DNA from: an uncultured delta proteobacterium
Lineage (GTDB): Bacteria; Desulfobacterota; Desulfobacteria; Desulfobacterales; JAHEIW01
Length of the DNA stretch: 64,000 nt
Reading direction: 5' to 3'
NCBI GenBank assembly: GCA_963706575.1
Contig: CAVPNL010000012.1
Location: forward strand, 64,001-128,000
Under the pieces are notes generated by a model. It was not told the origin of the DNA. It did no database searches and saw only the letters and a list, made by a program, of their open reading frames with translations. Of the stretch, positions 19,568 through 28,683 are shown one piece after another. The first letter of the stretch is position 1. Each line of letters begins with the position of its first letter. Position numbers and translations under genes: made by a program.

Positions 19568-19993
19568 TCAGGGCTTTTTGAGCCTGCCGAATTTCAGCGC
19601 TTTTTCGGTTGCTTCACTGTCTATCACCAGATTAGCGCCTTCCATGCGGATGCTGCGGGCTTTTTGCAGGGCAGCGAAAAAACGCTCTTCCTGGTCCATT
19701 ACCACCAACGGGCAAATTCGCCGGGTCGAACTGATGGGACCCACTTCGAAAAATTTAAAGCCTGAACGAACCGTGGCGAAATAGCGGTTACATCCACCCC
19801 AGCCGACAATCCGATCATTTCCCTGGAACCGTAAGGTCGATTGCACCCGGTCGATCACAGCCCTGCCGTCGATTTCCTCCAGCATCCAATCGGTGCTGTT
19901 AAACTCTTCGACACCCATGCGCAACCTCTCGGTTTGACTGCAGGCACCGATCAGAAACAAAGCGAAGATGAATAGCACAACCTTGGGCTTCAT
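19568..19993 (-). CDS. META-domain (HslJ-like) lipoprotein
   Basis: Lipobox IGAC; GWGGCNRY, STRRIC, DQE motifs; GGAGG RBS before ATG 19993. Confidence 0.85.
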   Translation of the reverse strand: MKPKVVLFIFALFLIGACSQTERLRMGVEEFNSTDWMLEEIDGRAVIDRVQSTLRFQGNDRIVGWGGCNRYFATVRSGFKFFEVGPISSTRRICPLVVMDQEERFFAALQKARSIRMEGANLVIDSEATEKALKFGRLKKP

Positions 19994-20015
19994 CGACAGG
20001 GCCTCCATTTTTTGT

Positions 20016-20801
20016 TTACCATTCGCTGGTCAGCCGCCTTTTCACCTCACTCCATTTTGCATCCATATTTTTTACGGCATCAAAAGCGAGATCCAGATGC
20101 GGCTCCATGTACTTTGAAAAAACCTGGTTCTGTTTTTTCTTATCCTTGATTCCTCTTCTTTGAAGCGGCATATCGGATACCAGCATGATGGATCCAATCG
20201 GAACCCCGTAATGGTAGGCCACGGAGAACAGGGTGGCCAGTTCCATGTCGATGGCCAGTATGCGTTGATGGCGTAAATAGTCGACAAATTTTTTATCGAA
20301 CTCCCATAAGCGCCGATCGGTCGTATACATAATGCCGCAGCGGGGAATCAGCCCGATTTGCCGAACCGCCCCGAGGCAGTAAAGATTTACCGAAGAAGCC
20401 GGTATGGCGGGAAACTCCGGCGGCAGATAATCATTGCTGGCCCCTTCGCCTCGAATCGCGGCAGAAGGAACAATGAAATCCCCCTCTTCAAGAACATCGT
20501 CGATCCCTCCGCACATCCCCAGCATGATGACGGTTTTGAGATTCTCCAGGTAAGCCAGGCAGTTGATCACCAGCGCCGCCTGCGGTGAGCCGATACCAAA
20601 ATCGATCATGGTACAATTGATATCTTTGGCGTTGACGATGCGAAAATTTCCCTCGGCGTATTTTCCTTTGGTTCTCTCTTTAAACCGCATGATATATTTT
20701 TTGAAATTCGTAATAACGATATGATCGCAGATCTCTTCAATGCTGCAATTGGTATATCTTTCCAGTGTCTGCTTTACGTATTCATGTTCTTTGATTGACA
20801 T
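20016..20801 (-). CDS. amn: AMP nucleosidase (short type, PNP/UDP phosphorylase family)
   Basis: TLERYT, TNF..Y, FGIGSPQAA, LGMCGG, AIRGEG.S.DY, RRLWE, IDME.ATLF, LVSD.P; start set to ATG 20801. Confidence 0.85.
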   Translation of the reverse strand: MSIKEHEYVKQTLERYTNCSIEEICDHIVITNFKKYIMRFKERTKGKYAEGNFRIVNAKDINCTMIDFGIGSPQAALVINCLAYLENLKTVIMLGMCGGIDDVLEEGDFIVPSAAIRGEGASNDYLPPEFPAIPASSVNLYCLGAVRQIGLIPRCGIMYTTDRRLWEFDKKFVDYLRHQRILAIDMELATLFSVAYHYGVPIGSIMLVSDMPLQRRGIKDKKKQNQVFSKYMEPHLDLAFDAVKNMDAKWSEVKRRLTSEW

Positions 20802-20955
20802 ATTCGGCTCCTTAGCTTCCGATACACTGAGCAATTCGGTGAAATTGAGTTTCATCCGTCCATCACGGATCATTTGCTCCCATGAGAATTTTTGTCTACC
20901 ACACGCGACGGGTAATAAATCAATTCGGCGAAAAGTAATAACATCTTTTATGGTC

Positions 20956-22062
20956 TCAGGACAGATGCGCAAGCTTTTCAAGTTCCTGATCATAGCGATC
21001 GATGAGATTCTCCCAGGCATACCTGGTCATTTGCTCTGAGAGGTCGCCACGAAGCTTTTCGAACTCGGAATAATTTGTAATCAGCCGGCCAAGCTTGTCC
21101 ACCAGGTCGCCCGGATCCTTGTAAAAAACCTGCGGATGGAAACGCTGCGGAATGATTTCCGGGTATGCCAGCCTGGCAGGCAGCAGCGGCACACAACCGT
21201 AACGGACTGCCTCGATTACGGCAATTCCAAAGTTTTCCTGCCGGGCGGTACTGATCACAATCGATCCGCGTTTCAGCCACTTAATATATTCCGCCCGTGA
21301 TTCCACATAGCCGTATTGAACGATGCGCTCCCCGTAACGATCGCGAGCGCCCATAAACGCTTTGGGAATCGCCTGATAGTTTTCGCCAAGCAGCGCAAGG
21401 CGAAACGCTGTCCCGCTTTCCATCAATGTATCCAGGGCTCGAAAAAAATCATCCGGATTTTTGTCAAACTCCCAGCGGTGGTTCCAGATAATCAGGGGCG
21501 GAACCTCCTGTGAAAATTCAGCGGCGGATAGCACCTGCGCAGGGAATCGGCAGCCGGGATAGAGAACGCCGGCCTTTGAGCGGATGGCTTCCACCACCCA
21601 GTTGGGCCGATACTCCGGCATCATCTTTAAAAAGCCCGGCAATTTTGAAAAAAAAGAATCGCTGTGGGTCCGGGAATTAAACAAAACCCGTTCCGCCGCA
21701 AGAGCCGTCGTTATATCCGTGAAGCCAAACTGATAGTCCATGTGCTCGCCGGGTGCCAGGGGATAGGTGAGCTGTGTTTCGTGAAAATAAGCCAGGGCCG
21801 GCGGACATTGGCCTTTTGAAAGTACCTTGTAATCCGACAGGCTCATCAAACCGGTTGTGATCAATCCGTTATAGGCCTCGAGGGAAGGAATTTTTTTAAC
21901 AAAATAAAGTGCCGCTCCTCGCATGCGCCATTTCCAGAAACGGGCGGGCATGGTCACCAGATCTATGTGGTGTTTTGAACGGGAAACCAGACCTTTTGCA
22001 AATTCCCGGTGTGACCCACCAAAAAACGGTTCCAGGAACAGAAATTTTAGCTTTGTCTTCAC
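20956..22062 (-). CDS. DUF3524-containing GT4 glycosyltransferase (GTDC1/QTMAN-like)
   Basis: LEPFFGGSH, PARFWKWRMRG, YFHETQLTYP, WNHRWEFDKNP, QENFGIAVIEA, RLAYPE. Confidence 0.85.
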   Translation of the reverse strand: MKTKLKFLFLEPFFGGSHREFAKGLVSRSKHHIDLVTMPARFWKWRMRGAALYFVKKIPSLEAYNGLITTGLMSLSDYKVLSKGQCPPALAYFHETQLTYPLAPGEHMDYQFGFTDITTALAAERVLFNSRTHSDSFFSKLPGFLKMMPEYRPNWVVEAIRSKAGVLYPGCRFPAQVLSAAEFSQEVPPLIIWNHRWEFDKNPDDFFRALDTLMESGTAFRLALLGENYQAIPKAFMGARDRYGERIVQYGYVESRAEYIKWLKRGSIVISTARQENFGIAVIEAVRYGCVPLLPARLAYPEIIPQRFHPQVFYKDPGDLVDKLGRLITNYSEFEKLRGDLSEQMTRYAWENLIDRYDQELEKLAHLS

Positions 22063-22312
22063 TTTGAGGCAATGAGTACGAATCGTAACGCTTGTTAAAG
22101 CCGGAATGGAGAAGTGACCCTTTAAATGTATCCTGTTTTATCTAAGTCGTTGTCAAAATCGAAATTTGTTCAATTAATCCTATCAGAGCGCTTATGTCAA
22201 TCCCCATCAAAATCGACCGACAAGGACCCCGCAAGATCGAGACAAAGACGCGCAAAATCAATCCCGCTTTTGTCCGGATCTGACAATCTGCCATGCTATG
22301 CTCTAAACAATA

Positions 22313-22458
22313 TAGAATCCATCTCAAAAATGTCTTTTGGCCCAATATCTTTGTTGGAGCCTCGCTTCAAATCCTCGACATACAACAGTATGCCTCCGGT
22401 TTGAAGCTCGGCCCCGCCGCGATCTTGAACCAAAATCCTATTTTTGAGATGGGTTCTA
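22313..22458. mobile_element. 146-bp MITE-like element, copy 2
   Basis: TAGAATCCATCTCAAAAAT...ATTTTTGAGATGGGTTCTA; same length and sequence family as 15336-15481. Confidence 0.8.
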
Positions 22459-22486
22459 AACCCATGGATTTTAGAAAGGAAAAAAA

Positions 22487-23017
22487 ATGATGCCTGGCAG
22501 TAATGTGGATTCAACCAACGCCGTATTCAAACTCAAAAATACCATCTGGGCATTTCCCTACCTTGCGGTGATGGGACTGATCTGGGGCTATCTGGCGGGC
22601 GCGTCTTCAGGTGCAATCGTCGGCCTGGCGGCCGCCGTGGCGATCTGCGTATTGATCGGTTCGGCAACACCCATCTTTAACGGACCGCGGGGCGGCAGCG
22701 CCGTTAGCACCCGTTCCAAACCGCCAAGAAACAACATGATTGTACGGAAACAGCTGGCTTCAGATCTGAATGCCGTGCGCTACCACAAACTATGTCATCA
22801 ATTCGATGATGCCCTGTTAAAAATCGAGGAAGTCCTCGCCAAAGATCCTGATTTTGTCGAAGCCTTGCTTTTAAAAGCCCAGATTCTGTGGGAGGGATTT
22901 GAGGACTGTCAAGCGGCCAGAGCCTGCCTGTTAACAATTTTAGCGGTAGTACCTGATGAAAAGGATGTGTTTCACAGCTGGGCGCTGAATATGTATAAAG
23001 AACTGTATCAGAAATAG
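22487..23017 (+). CDS. Membrane protein with C-terminal TPR-like region
   Basis: Two hydrophobic segments then AL..IEEVLAKDPDFVEALLLKAQIL. Confidence 0.75.
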   Translation: MMPGSNVDSTNAVFKLKNTIWAFPYLAVMGLIWGYLAGASSGAIVGLAAAVAICVLIGSATPIFNGPRGGSAVSTRSKPPRNNMIVRKQLASDLNAVRYHKLCHQFDDALLKIEEVLAKDPDFVEALLLKAQILWEGFEDCQAARACLLTILAVVPDEKDVFHSWALNMYKELYQK

Positions 23018-23106
23018 CCGGTCACGATTTTAAGCCGGTCAGCCGCAGGCGGATTGAGCCCGTTAGAAGAAGATGGAGATTATTATCGACAACTAATGGA
23101 GGTAAT

Positions 23107-23523
23107 ATGCATCGTAAAAAGCTAAGTAAAAAGGAAGCGGTAACTGTTTTCGCAAAAGCCTGGAACAATCTGGATGCATCTTTGATCGAACCTTACATTG
23201 CCGAAGACATTATTTACTGGTCCCAGCAGGTGCTGACCGACATGACCGGTAAAAAGGCAGTCATGAAATACTTAACAGATAAAATGGAAACCATTCGCAA
23301 ATCACCCGGTGATCGGATATTCGCCGAACTGGGAGAAACGAAGCCTTACCCGATGGCACCCGATCCGATCGAACCCTGCGTTATTCTGGCCCAGGGCCAT
23401 AAAGACAATGTCGGCGCTCTGGCCCTGCTTAGAATTGAATCCAATAAAATTAACAGTATCGGCATTTGTTCTGATGCGCCACATCCTTCAACCGCCAAAC
23501 GCTCGGGAGAGTATCCGCTGTAA
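23107..23523 (+). CDS. NTF2/SnoaL-like fold protein
   Basis: GGAGG RBS; FAKAWNNLD...IAEDIIY...GK.AV..Y pattern. Confidence 0.7.
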   Translation: MHRKKLSKKEAVTVFAKAWNNLDASLIEPYIAEDIIYWSQQVLTDMTGKKAVMKYLTDKMETIRKSPGDRIFAELGETKPYPMAPDPIEPCVILAQGHKDNVGALALLRIESNKINSIGICSDAPHPSTAKRSGEYPL

Positions 23524-23526
23524 GCG

Positions 23527-23571
23527 GGTTTGGGGCTTCGCGCTCCGCGCTACGACCCCACAAGCAGGGTT
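23527..23571. repeat. REP-like GC-rich hairpin repeat, copy 2
   Basis: One mismatch versus 14590-14634; lies just after a stop codon. Confidence 0.85.
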
Positions 23572-23604
23572 AAAAGGTTCAAAGGTTGGACAAAAAATTG
23601 GAAC

Positions 23605-23641
23605 AAAAAACCCCGATTCTCGAATTGAGCATCGGGGTTTT
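23605..23641. terminator. Bidirectional intrinsic terminator
   Basis: AAAAAACCCCGATTCTC-GAATT-GAGCATCGGGGTTTT between convergent genes. Confidence 0.75.
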
Positions 23642-23758
23642 GGCTCTTACAGAATAGGTACAAAATGAATCTACCGAATGAGGTCACAGAAAAATATTTT
23701 GTAGGACCTGAAAGTCGAAAAGGCAACAATTGCTGCTTGAAAATGGGTTTAAGGTAAA

Positions 23759-23962
23759 TCAATTAGAATCCGGACAAACGCTGGACCAATCGCTGACCCG
23801 GACGCAGCTATCCCGCCGTTCGTCCTTTTGCCTGCGATCCCCGCCGTGCCTTCTTTCCACGCCGCTGTTTTCAAAATAATCCGAGTCATAGACAGCCCGT
23901 CTGTCTTCTCCGGATCGGCGATCCATATAAGGGTCTCTTACTCTTGCATTTTGCGAAGTCAT
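23759..23962 (-). CDS. Small (D/E)RR-repeat arginine-rich protein
   Basis: GAGGAGG RBS; DRRSGEDRR..YFENSGVERRHGGDRR..DERR. Confidence 0.78.
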   Translation of the reverse strand: MTSQNARVRDPYMDRRSGEDRRAVYDSDYFENSGVERRHGGDRRQKDERRDSCVRVSDWSSVCPDSN

Positions 23963-24147
23963 GATGGTACCTCCTCAATTAAAATATATATTAATCATCC
24001 ATAGCCATAAAGCAATGGGTCGCATAAAAACCGATATTACGCGAGGGCGTTCATTATTTTTCTCGGGCATTGTTTGTAATTTGATTGATTTTGCGATACT
24101 GAATCGGGAAATAGAATTCGCTGACCGATAATTATCGGGGAGGTAAA

Positions 24148-24600
24148 TTGATGTTTCTCTGGAAATATATGACCATTATTTTTGCTTTCGGGGCGCTCGG
24201 CGGAGTTGTCAATGCGCTGCTGACGGACAATGGGTTTATTCTTCCTAAAAAGGAGCGGCAGGATAACACCAGAATTATTCGTCCCGGGTTTTTAGTGAAT
24301 ATTTTTATTGGCGGAATTGCCGCTCTGGTTTCCTGGGGCTTATACGGGCCGTTTGCAGCGGTCTTTATTATCGGCGGAACCAATGATCCCGGCGTCGGCA
24401 GCACCGGACTCAGCCTGTCTTCTGTGATCGGCGGATTGCTTGTCGGCGTCGGCGGAGCGCGCTGGTTGACAAATGAAGTCGACAAGAAATTACTGCGCGC
24501 AGCTGCCAGCAAGGCGGCTTCCGGCCAGCCCAGCGATCAAAAAGCGATTCGAATATCAGCCGCCCCTCCGGCAGAGGCATTAAGAATCGCAGCAGAGTAA
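24148..24600 (+). CDS. Hypothetical membrane protein (DUF4257-like)
   Basis: GGAGG RBS; GALGGVVNAL, three Gly-rich TM segments. Confidence 0.75.
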   Translation: MMFLWKYMTIIFAFGALGGVVNALLTDNGFILPKKERQDNTRIIRPGFLVNIFIGGIAALVSWGLYGPFAAVFIIGGTNDPGVGSTGLSLSSVIGGLLVGVGGARWLTNEVDKKLLRAAASKAASGQPSDQKAIRISAAPPAEALRIAAE

Positions 24601-24620
24601 GCAGCCAGCGGCTCGCGCCT

Positions 24621-24868
24621 GGTTCAAAGGTTCAAGGTTCAAAAGTTCAGGGTTGAAGTAAAAAGTCCAAAAGGCCGGTTTCATTGGTCTGATTCGTTCA
24701 ATTGGTTTGATGGGTTAATTGTCGAGTCCTTCAGCCGGCTTCATTGGTTTAATCGGTTCGCTTTAACAAATAAAACCAATTAAACCAATCAAACAAATAT
24801 AACACTTGTTTTAACCCCTAACCTTGAACAGAGAACTCTGAACCCAGAACCTCTGAACCTTGAAACTT
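24621..24868. repeat. Nested inverted tandem-repeat element
   Basis: GGTTCA(A) units on the left mirrored by TGAACC units on the right, enclosing ATTGGTTT/AAACCAAT units. Confidence 0.75.
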
Positions 24869-24920
24869 GATATTCTCTGCCAACCCATTTACAAAGTATA
24901 TAGAAAGGAAGAGATAGACA

Positions 24921-25808
24921 ATGTCTAAAGCTTCAAAAACGGTAGATGGTTTTCTTTTCCTGCCCCCGGCCCTGCGTGCCTGGATCAGCAAAGATATTCC
25001 GAATCAACCGTTCAGCGGCAAGATCCCGTGGACGCCGCTTGACAAATCGATCAGCGAAGCAACTTTTACCCTGATGACCAGCGCCGGCATCAGCATGAAA
25101 TCCGATCCGCCTTTTGATATGGAGGGCGAAAAAGCCGAACCGGCCTGGGGCGATCCGAGCTATCGCCAGATTCCGAAAACAGCGACTGAAAACGACATCG
25201 AGGTCAATCATCTCCACGTCAACACCGCATTTATCAAACAGGATATCAATGTCATGCTTCCGCTGGCGAGGTTCCAGGAGTTCGAGCAAGAAGGCCTTAT
25301 CGGGAAGCTTGCCCCGACCTGTTACTCGTACTATGGCTACCAAATGGATCCTACAGCCCTTTTGACTGAAACCATGCCGCAGGTGACCGAAAGAATGCGG
25401 CAGGAAAATGTAGAGGCTGTATTGCTCACCCCGACCTGACCGTACTGCTGCCTGTCCGGGGGACAGGTTGCACGTTATTTAGAGAAAAATGGATTTTCAA
25501 CCGTAATCCTGGCCAATACGCCGGAGTTTAACAGGCAGGTTGGAATTCCGCGGGTGGCGGCCATCGAATATCCCTATGGCCGTACGGTGGGGCAGGTTCA
25601 CGATAAAGACGGGCAACGAAAAGTGCTCAAGGCGGCACTGTCTGTTTTAGAAAATGCGGAAAAACCCGGGCAGATATCTCACCTGCCGTTTACCTGGCCC
25701 GAGGAGCCCAAAGAAGTCGATTGGCAACCCCCGGAAATTTCGCCTATCGTAAAAATTAATCTGGATGAAATTAAGCGGCTGGGGGCTGAAGCCCGCAAAA
25801 AAAAGTGA
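24921..25808 (+). CDS. GrdB/PrdB-like reductase selenoprotein B (Sec encoded by UGA 25437-25439)
   Basis: ORFs 24921-25439 and 25554-25808 are in frame with no other stop; read-through gives LLTPT-U-PYC..QVARYLEKNGFSTV..PRVAAIEYPYG; family motifs WTPL, GDPSYR, D.NV.LPL; hairpin 3' of UGA. Confidence 0.88.
25446..25472 (+). promoter_or_regulatory. Bacterial SECIS-like hairpin
   Basis: TGC-TG-CCTGTCC-GGG-GGACAGG-TT-GCA; G-rich apical loop about 19 nt after the UGA. Confidence 0.75.
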
Positions 25809-26021
25809 GCCCCAAAGAGAAAGCGGAATCAAAACTTTTTTATATTGTTATCACGCAAAGCCGCAAAGATTTTTTATATAAGAAATATCTTCTGGTATCT
25901 TAGCGCGCGTGTTTTTTTGCGTCTTGGCGTGAGGCCCAAGTCAACAGTTCACTTTATCATTTGCTGGTTTTGGCGCCAGAATCTGAAACCAAAGGCCTAA
26001 CCGAACTTTTTGAGGTTTGAA

Positions 26022-26825
26022 ATGCCAATAGCGAAGACAGAAAACCTCGACATTTATTATGAAATAATCGGGCAGGGTGAGCCCCTGGTGATGATCAGGG
26101 GCATCGGCAGCAATGTCGATCACTGGTATGAGCAGGTTCCGATTCTATCCAAAAAATATCAGCTCCTGGTTTTTGACAATCGGGGGATTGCCCGCTCGTC
26201 GGATCCTGGCGGTTCTTTTTCCACCAAGGACATGGCCGCAGACACAATCGCACTGATGGAAGCGATGGGGATAAAAAAAGCTCACGTCCTGGGCTATTCC
26301 ATGGGGGGCATGATTGCCCAGGAATTGGCCCTGGCCTATCCCGAAAAAATAAACGGGCTGATCCTGGTGGCGACAGATTGCGGTATTAGCCTGCGGATCA
26401 AAGCCCGGCCGGAATACTCCAGGCTTTTCAGCGAGATGATCCGCCTGGGCACAAATGAGGCCAAAACAGCTGCCGCCGGCTGTTTATTCGCCAAACAAAC
26501 CTTTGAAAGCAGGCCGAACATTATTGAGCGCTATGCTGAAGTTTCCCTGCGCTTTCCCGCTCCGCAGAAAACGCTTGAAAGGCAATGGGAGGCAATCACC
26601 CGGCACGACGCCTGCGACCGGTTGCAAAACATTACTGCGCCGACCCTGGCGATCACTGGTTCCGAGGACGTGCTTATCCCCCCGGAAAACTCCAGGGTGC
26701 TGGCAGAACGGATTCCGGATGCCCGGGTGCGCTCTATCGACGGCGGCGGCCACCTGTTCGTGGTTGAACAGGCGCAACAGTTTAATGAAGCCGTATTCGG
26801 TTTTCTGGAAGGTCTGTCGCACTAG
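26022..26825 (+). CDS. Alpha/beta hydrolase
   Basis: FDNRGIARS, GYSMGG nucleophile elbow, GSED, GGGH. Confidence 0.92.
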   Translation: MPIAKTENLDIYYEIIGQGEPLVMIRGIGSNVDHWYEQVPILSKKYQLLVFDNRGIARSSDPGGSFSTKDMAADTIALMEAMGIKKAHVLGYSMGGMIAQELALAYPEKINGLILVATDCGISLRIKARPEYSRLFSEMIRLGTNEAKTAAAGCLFAKQTFESRPNIIERYAEVSLRFPAPQKTLERQWEAITRHDACDRLQNITAPTLAITGSEDVLIPPENSRVLAERIPDARVRSIDGGGHLFVVEQAQQFNEAVFGFLEGLSH

Positions 26826-26850
26826 AAAATAAGTCCCGCCCGGGGCGAAC

Positions 26851-27052
26851 TAAAGTGATCCCGCTGTAGCGGGATTGAGGAATTCTGTCTATTTTAATTT
26901 CCTGTTCACGCAAAGCCGCTAAGCCGCAAAGAATTTTAGTTTAAACAATAAAAAACCATCGGGTCTTTGCGGCTTTGCGTGAGGCCCAAGCTTTAGTTTA
27001 CTTTAGGCACTTTAACCCTTGAACCTGAGCTGGGATTTTGAAACCACTTCTA
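26851..27052. repeat. About 200-bp composite palindromic repeat, copy 1
   Basis: Homologous to 36771-36959 and to the reverse complement of 44285-44580; core CACGCAAAGCCGCTAAGCCGCAAAG..CTTTGCGGCTTTGCGTGAGGCCCAAGC. Confidence 0.85.
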
Positions 27053-27090
27053 AACGAGCGGGGTTAGCGTTGACGCGGCAGCGGGAAGCT

Positions 27091-27618
27091 TCACTCGCTG
27101 AGCAACCAATTATAGGCTCGCGAAAAACCCCTTAATGAAAAGGTAGGCTTTTGGGCCGTACCCGGATAAGAATCGTATTCAAACTGGATTTTTAGACCTT
27201 TTTTCATGGTTTTAATCAGTTCACTATTTTTGGGAATGAAATCTACAAGACAATTGGACTCACAGCCCTTTATGGCCGAGCGAATCGCCAGAGTATCTAC
27301 CGCGTCAATCCGATAAGAAAAATATACAGAGACAATCTTTTTTTCGGATTCTAAAGTCAACTCAATATTATCCCCGCCGCTGTCCGGATCCGACAGCCAC
27401 AAGGTGCTGATGCCGTCTTTTGCGAAAGTGCCTATTTGCCTGCTTTTCTTATTTGATGCCGCATCCGCTTTTTCGATCGCTACCCAATCGCCAAATCTGA
27501 TCTGTTCGGCCGGGCAGTTGGCAGAAAAAACCATTAACCATACGACGATGACCATAACGACGCGAAGCGAATACACACCTATACGAAATCTTCCCATGAT
27601 AAAGTCCCTTTCAGCCAC
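27091..27618 (-). CDS. Secreted protein, invasion-associated locus B (IalB)-like
   Basis: Signal-like segment; FGDW start of mature domain; C..C; LIKTMKKG..FSLRGFSRAY end; true start may be downstream. Confidence 0.6.
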   Translation of the reverse strand: MAERDFIMGRFRIGVYSLRVVMVIVVWLMVFSANCPAEQIRFGDWVAIEKADAASNKKSRQIGTFAKDGISTLWLSDPDSGGDNIELTLESEKKIVSVYFSYRIDAVDTLAIRSAIKGCESNCLVDFIPKNSELIKTMKKGLKIQFEYDSYPGTAQKPTFSLRGFSRAYNWLLSE

Positions 27619-27701
27619 GGTCTATAAGATTTATCTTAAATTAGCTTGGCGTACATGGCAAGAAAGAAAATCGGTAACACAAAGACAAGGGGATTTTCAT
27701 T

Positions 27702-28589
27702 TTATTCGGAGGAGTTGCCTTCCTTCCAGAGCGCTATAAAACTTCCCAACGGAGCCTGAATGAACCGGTGGATCGGGTCGCATTTCACTTTAAAAAGAAA
27801 AAAAACAGGCGGGGCAATATTTTTAGGATAGATAGCCTCAAAATTGGCCATGCCTTTGGCAATGATGAGATCTGAAGATGCGACCAGGCCTAAGAATTCT
27901 TTTGAGGCATTATCCCAATCGATTCCGACGCCGTCTGATCCTGTGTCCGCCACTTCACTAAAAAAATCACCCAGATCAGCAAACTGCATCTCGTCGCGGG
28001 TTAAATCGTTAAGCGAGGGCCCCCCTTTTACCACCAGAATCGTATTTTGAGCGCGCGCTTTGATATATTCGTACAACCGAATGTCGAAGAAAATTTCGCC
28101 GGCATTGTCTGAAAAGTATAAAACCCGTTCAGGTTTTTTTTTGATAAACGCTGCCAGACGATCGATATCATCGTAAAAATAAGAGATCCCCGTATTCAAT
28201 TGCGTCGGAATTTCAGCCAGGGCCTCGGCGGGATTTTTGAAAAAATCGAGGCTGTTTCCCAGAATCGCGAGACTCGCGCAGGATCGTAAATCAAGTAAAT
28301 TGCTGCTTTTAATTTGAGCAAAAATCTTCCGGGCCAGAGCCATCTCCTGCGCTTTAAACTGTTTGTAAGGATCCGATACCCCTGTGAGGCGCTTAATTTC
28401 CTTGAGGATTTGTCCGGCTAGCTGATGCGAACTCAGGCGATTGTCTCTGGCATTTTCAAGGATTTCACGGGTGATCGCTTCGGCTTTTTTTACGAGGTCG
28501 GAATCATCAGCACCGGCTAAAGCGGTTAAACTTTTTGCCAGCGACATGAGACAATCCATACATTGAGGAATCGGCTGCAACCTTTTCAT
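27702..28589 (-). CDS. ARMT1-like (DUF89) damage-control phosphatase
   Basis: CMDC, DPYK..K, GNSLD, DNAGEI.FD, P.LND.T, KGMANFE, FKVKC; start set to ATG 28589. Confidence 0.88.
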   Translation of the reverse strand: MKRLQPIPQCMDCLMSLAKSLTALAGADDSDLVKKAEAITREILENARDNRLSSHQLAGQILKEIKRLTGVSDPYKQFKAQEMALARKIFAQIKSSNLLDLRSCASLAILGNSLDFFKNPAEALAEIPTQLNTGISYFYDDIDRLAAFIKKKPERVLYFSDNAGEIFFDIRLYEYIKARAQNTILVVKGGPSLNDLTRDEMQFADLGDFFSEVADTGSDGVGIDWDNASKEFLGLVASSDLIIAKGMANFEAIYPKNIAPPVFFLFKVKCDPIHRFIQAPLGSFIALWKEGNSSE

Positions 28590-28622
28590 ATCTGAAGACT
28601 CGGAGAAATGTGGCTGAGACAA

Positions 28623-28664
28623 AAATGAAAAGGGCACCCCTTCAGAATTCAACGGGATACCCTT
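28623..28664 (-). terminator. Intrinsic terminator of csp copy 1
   Basis: Minus strand AAGGGTATCCC...GGGGTGCCCTT followed by TTCATTTTT. Confidence 0.6.
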
Positions 28665-28683
28665 ATTCAGTTTAGAAATGCAG

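Noticed and set aside
20802..21020. Long N-terminal extension of the AMP nucleosidase ORF
   Set aside because: Overlaps the glycosyltransferase; family similarity begins at MSIKEHEY and an AAGGAG RBS precedes ATG 20801
24008..24037. TAAAG..ACCGATAT as a second sigma28 promoter
   Set aside because: 17-nt spacer is too long for the consensus
24621..24868. Short tandem units as a possible CRISPR array
   Set aside because: Units are 7-9 nt, degenerate and inverted, with no unique 30-40 nt spacers and no cas genes
25554..25808. Separate 84-aa ORF
   Set aside because: In frame with the upstream ORF across a UGA; better explained as the C-terminus of the selenoprotein
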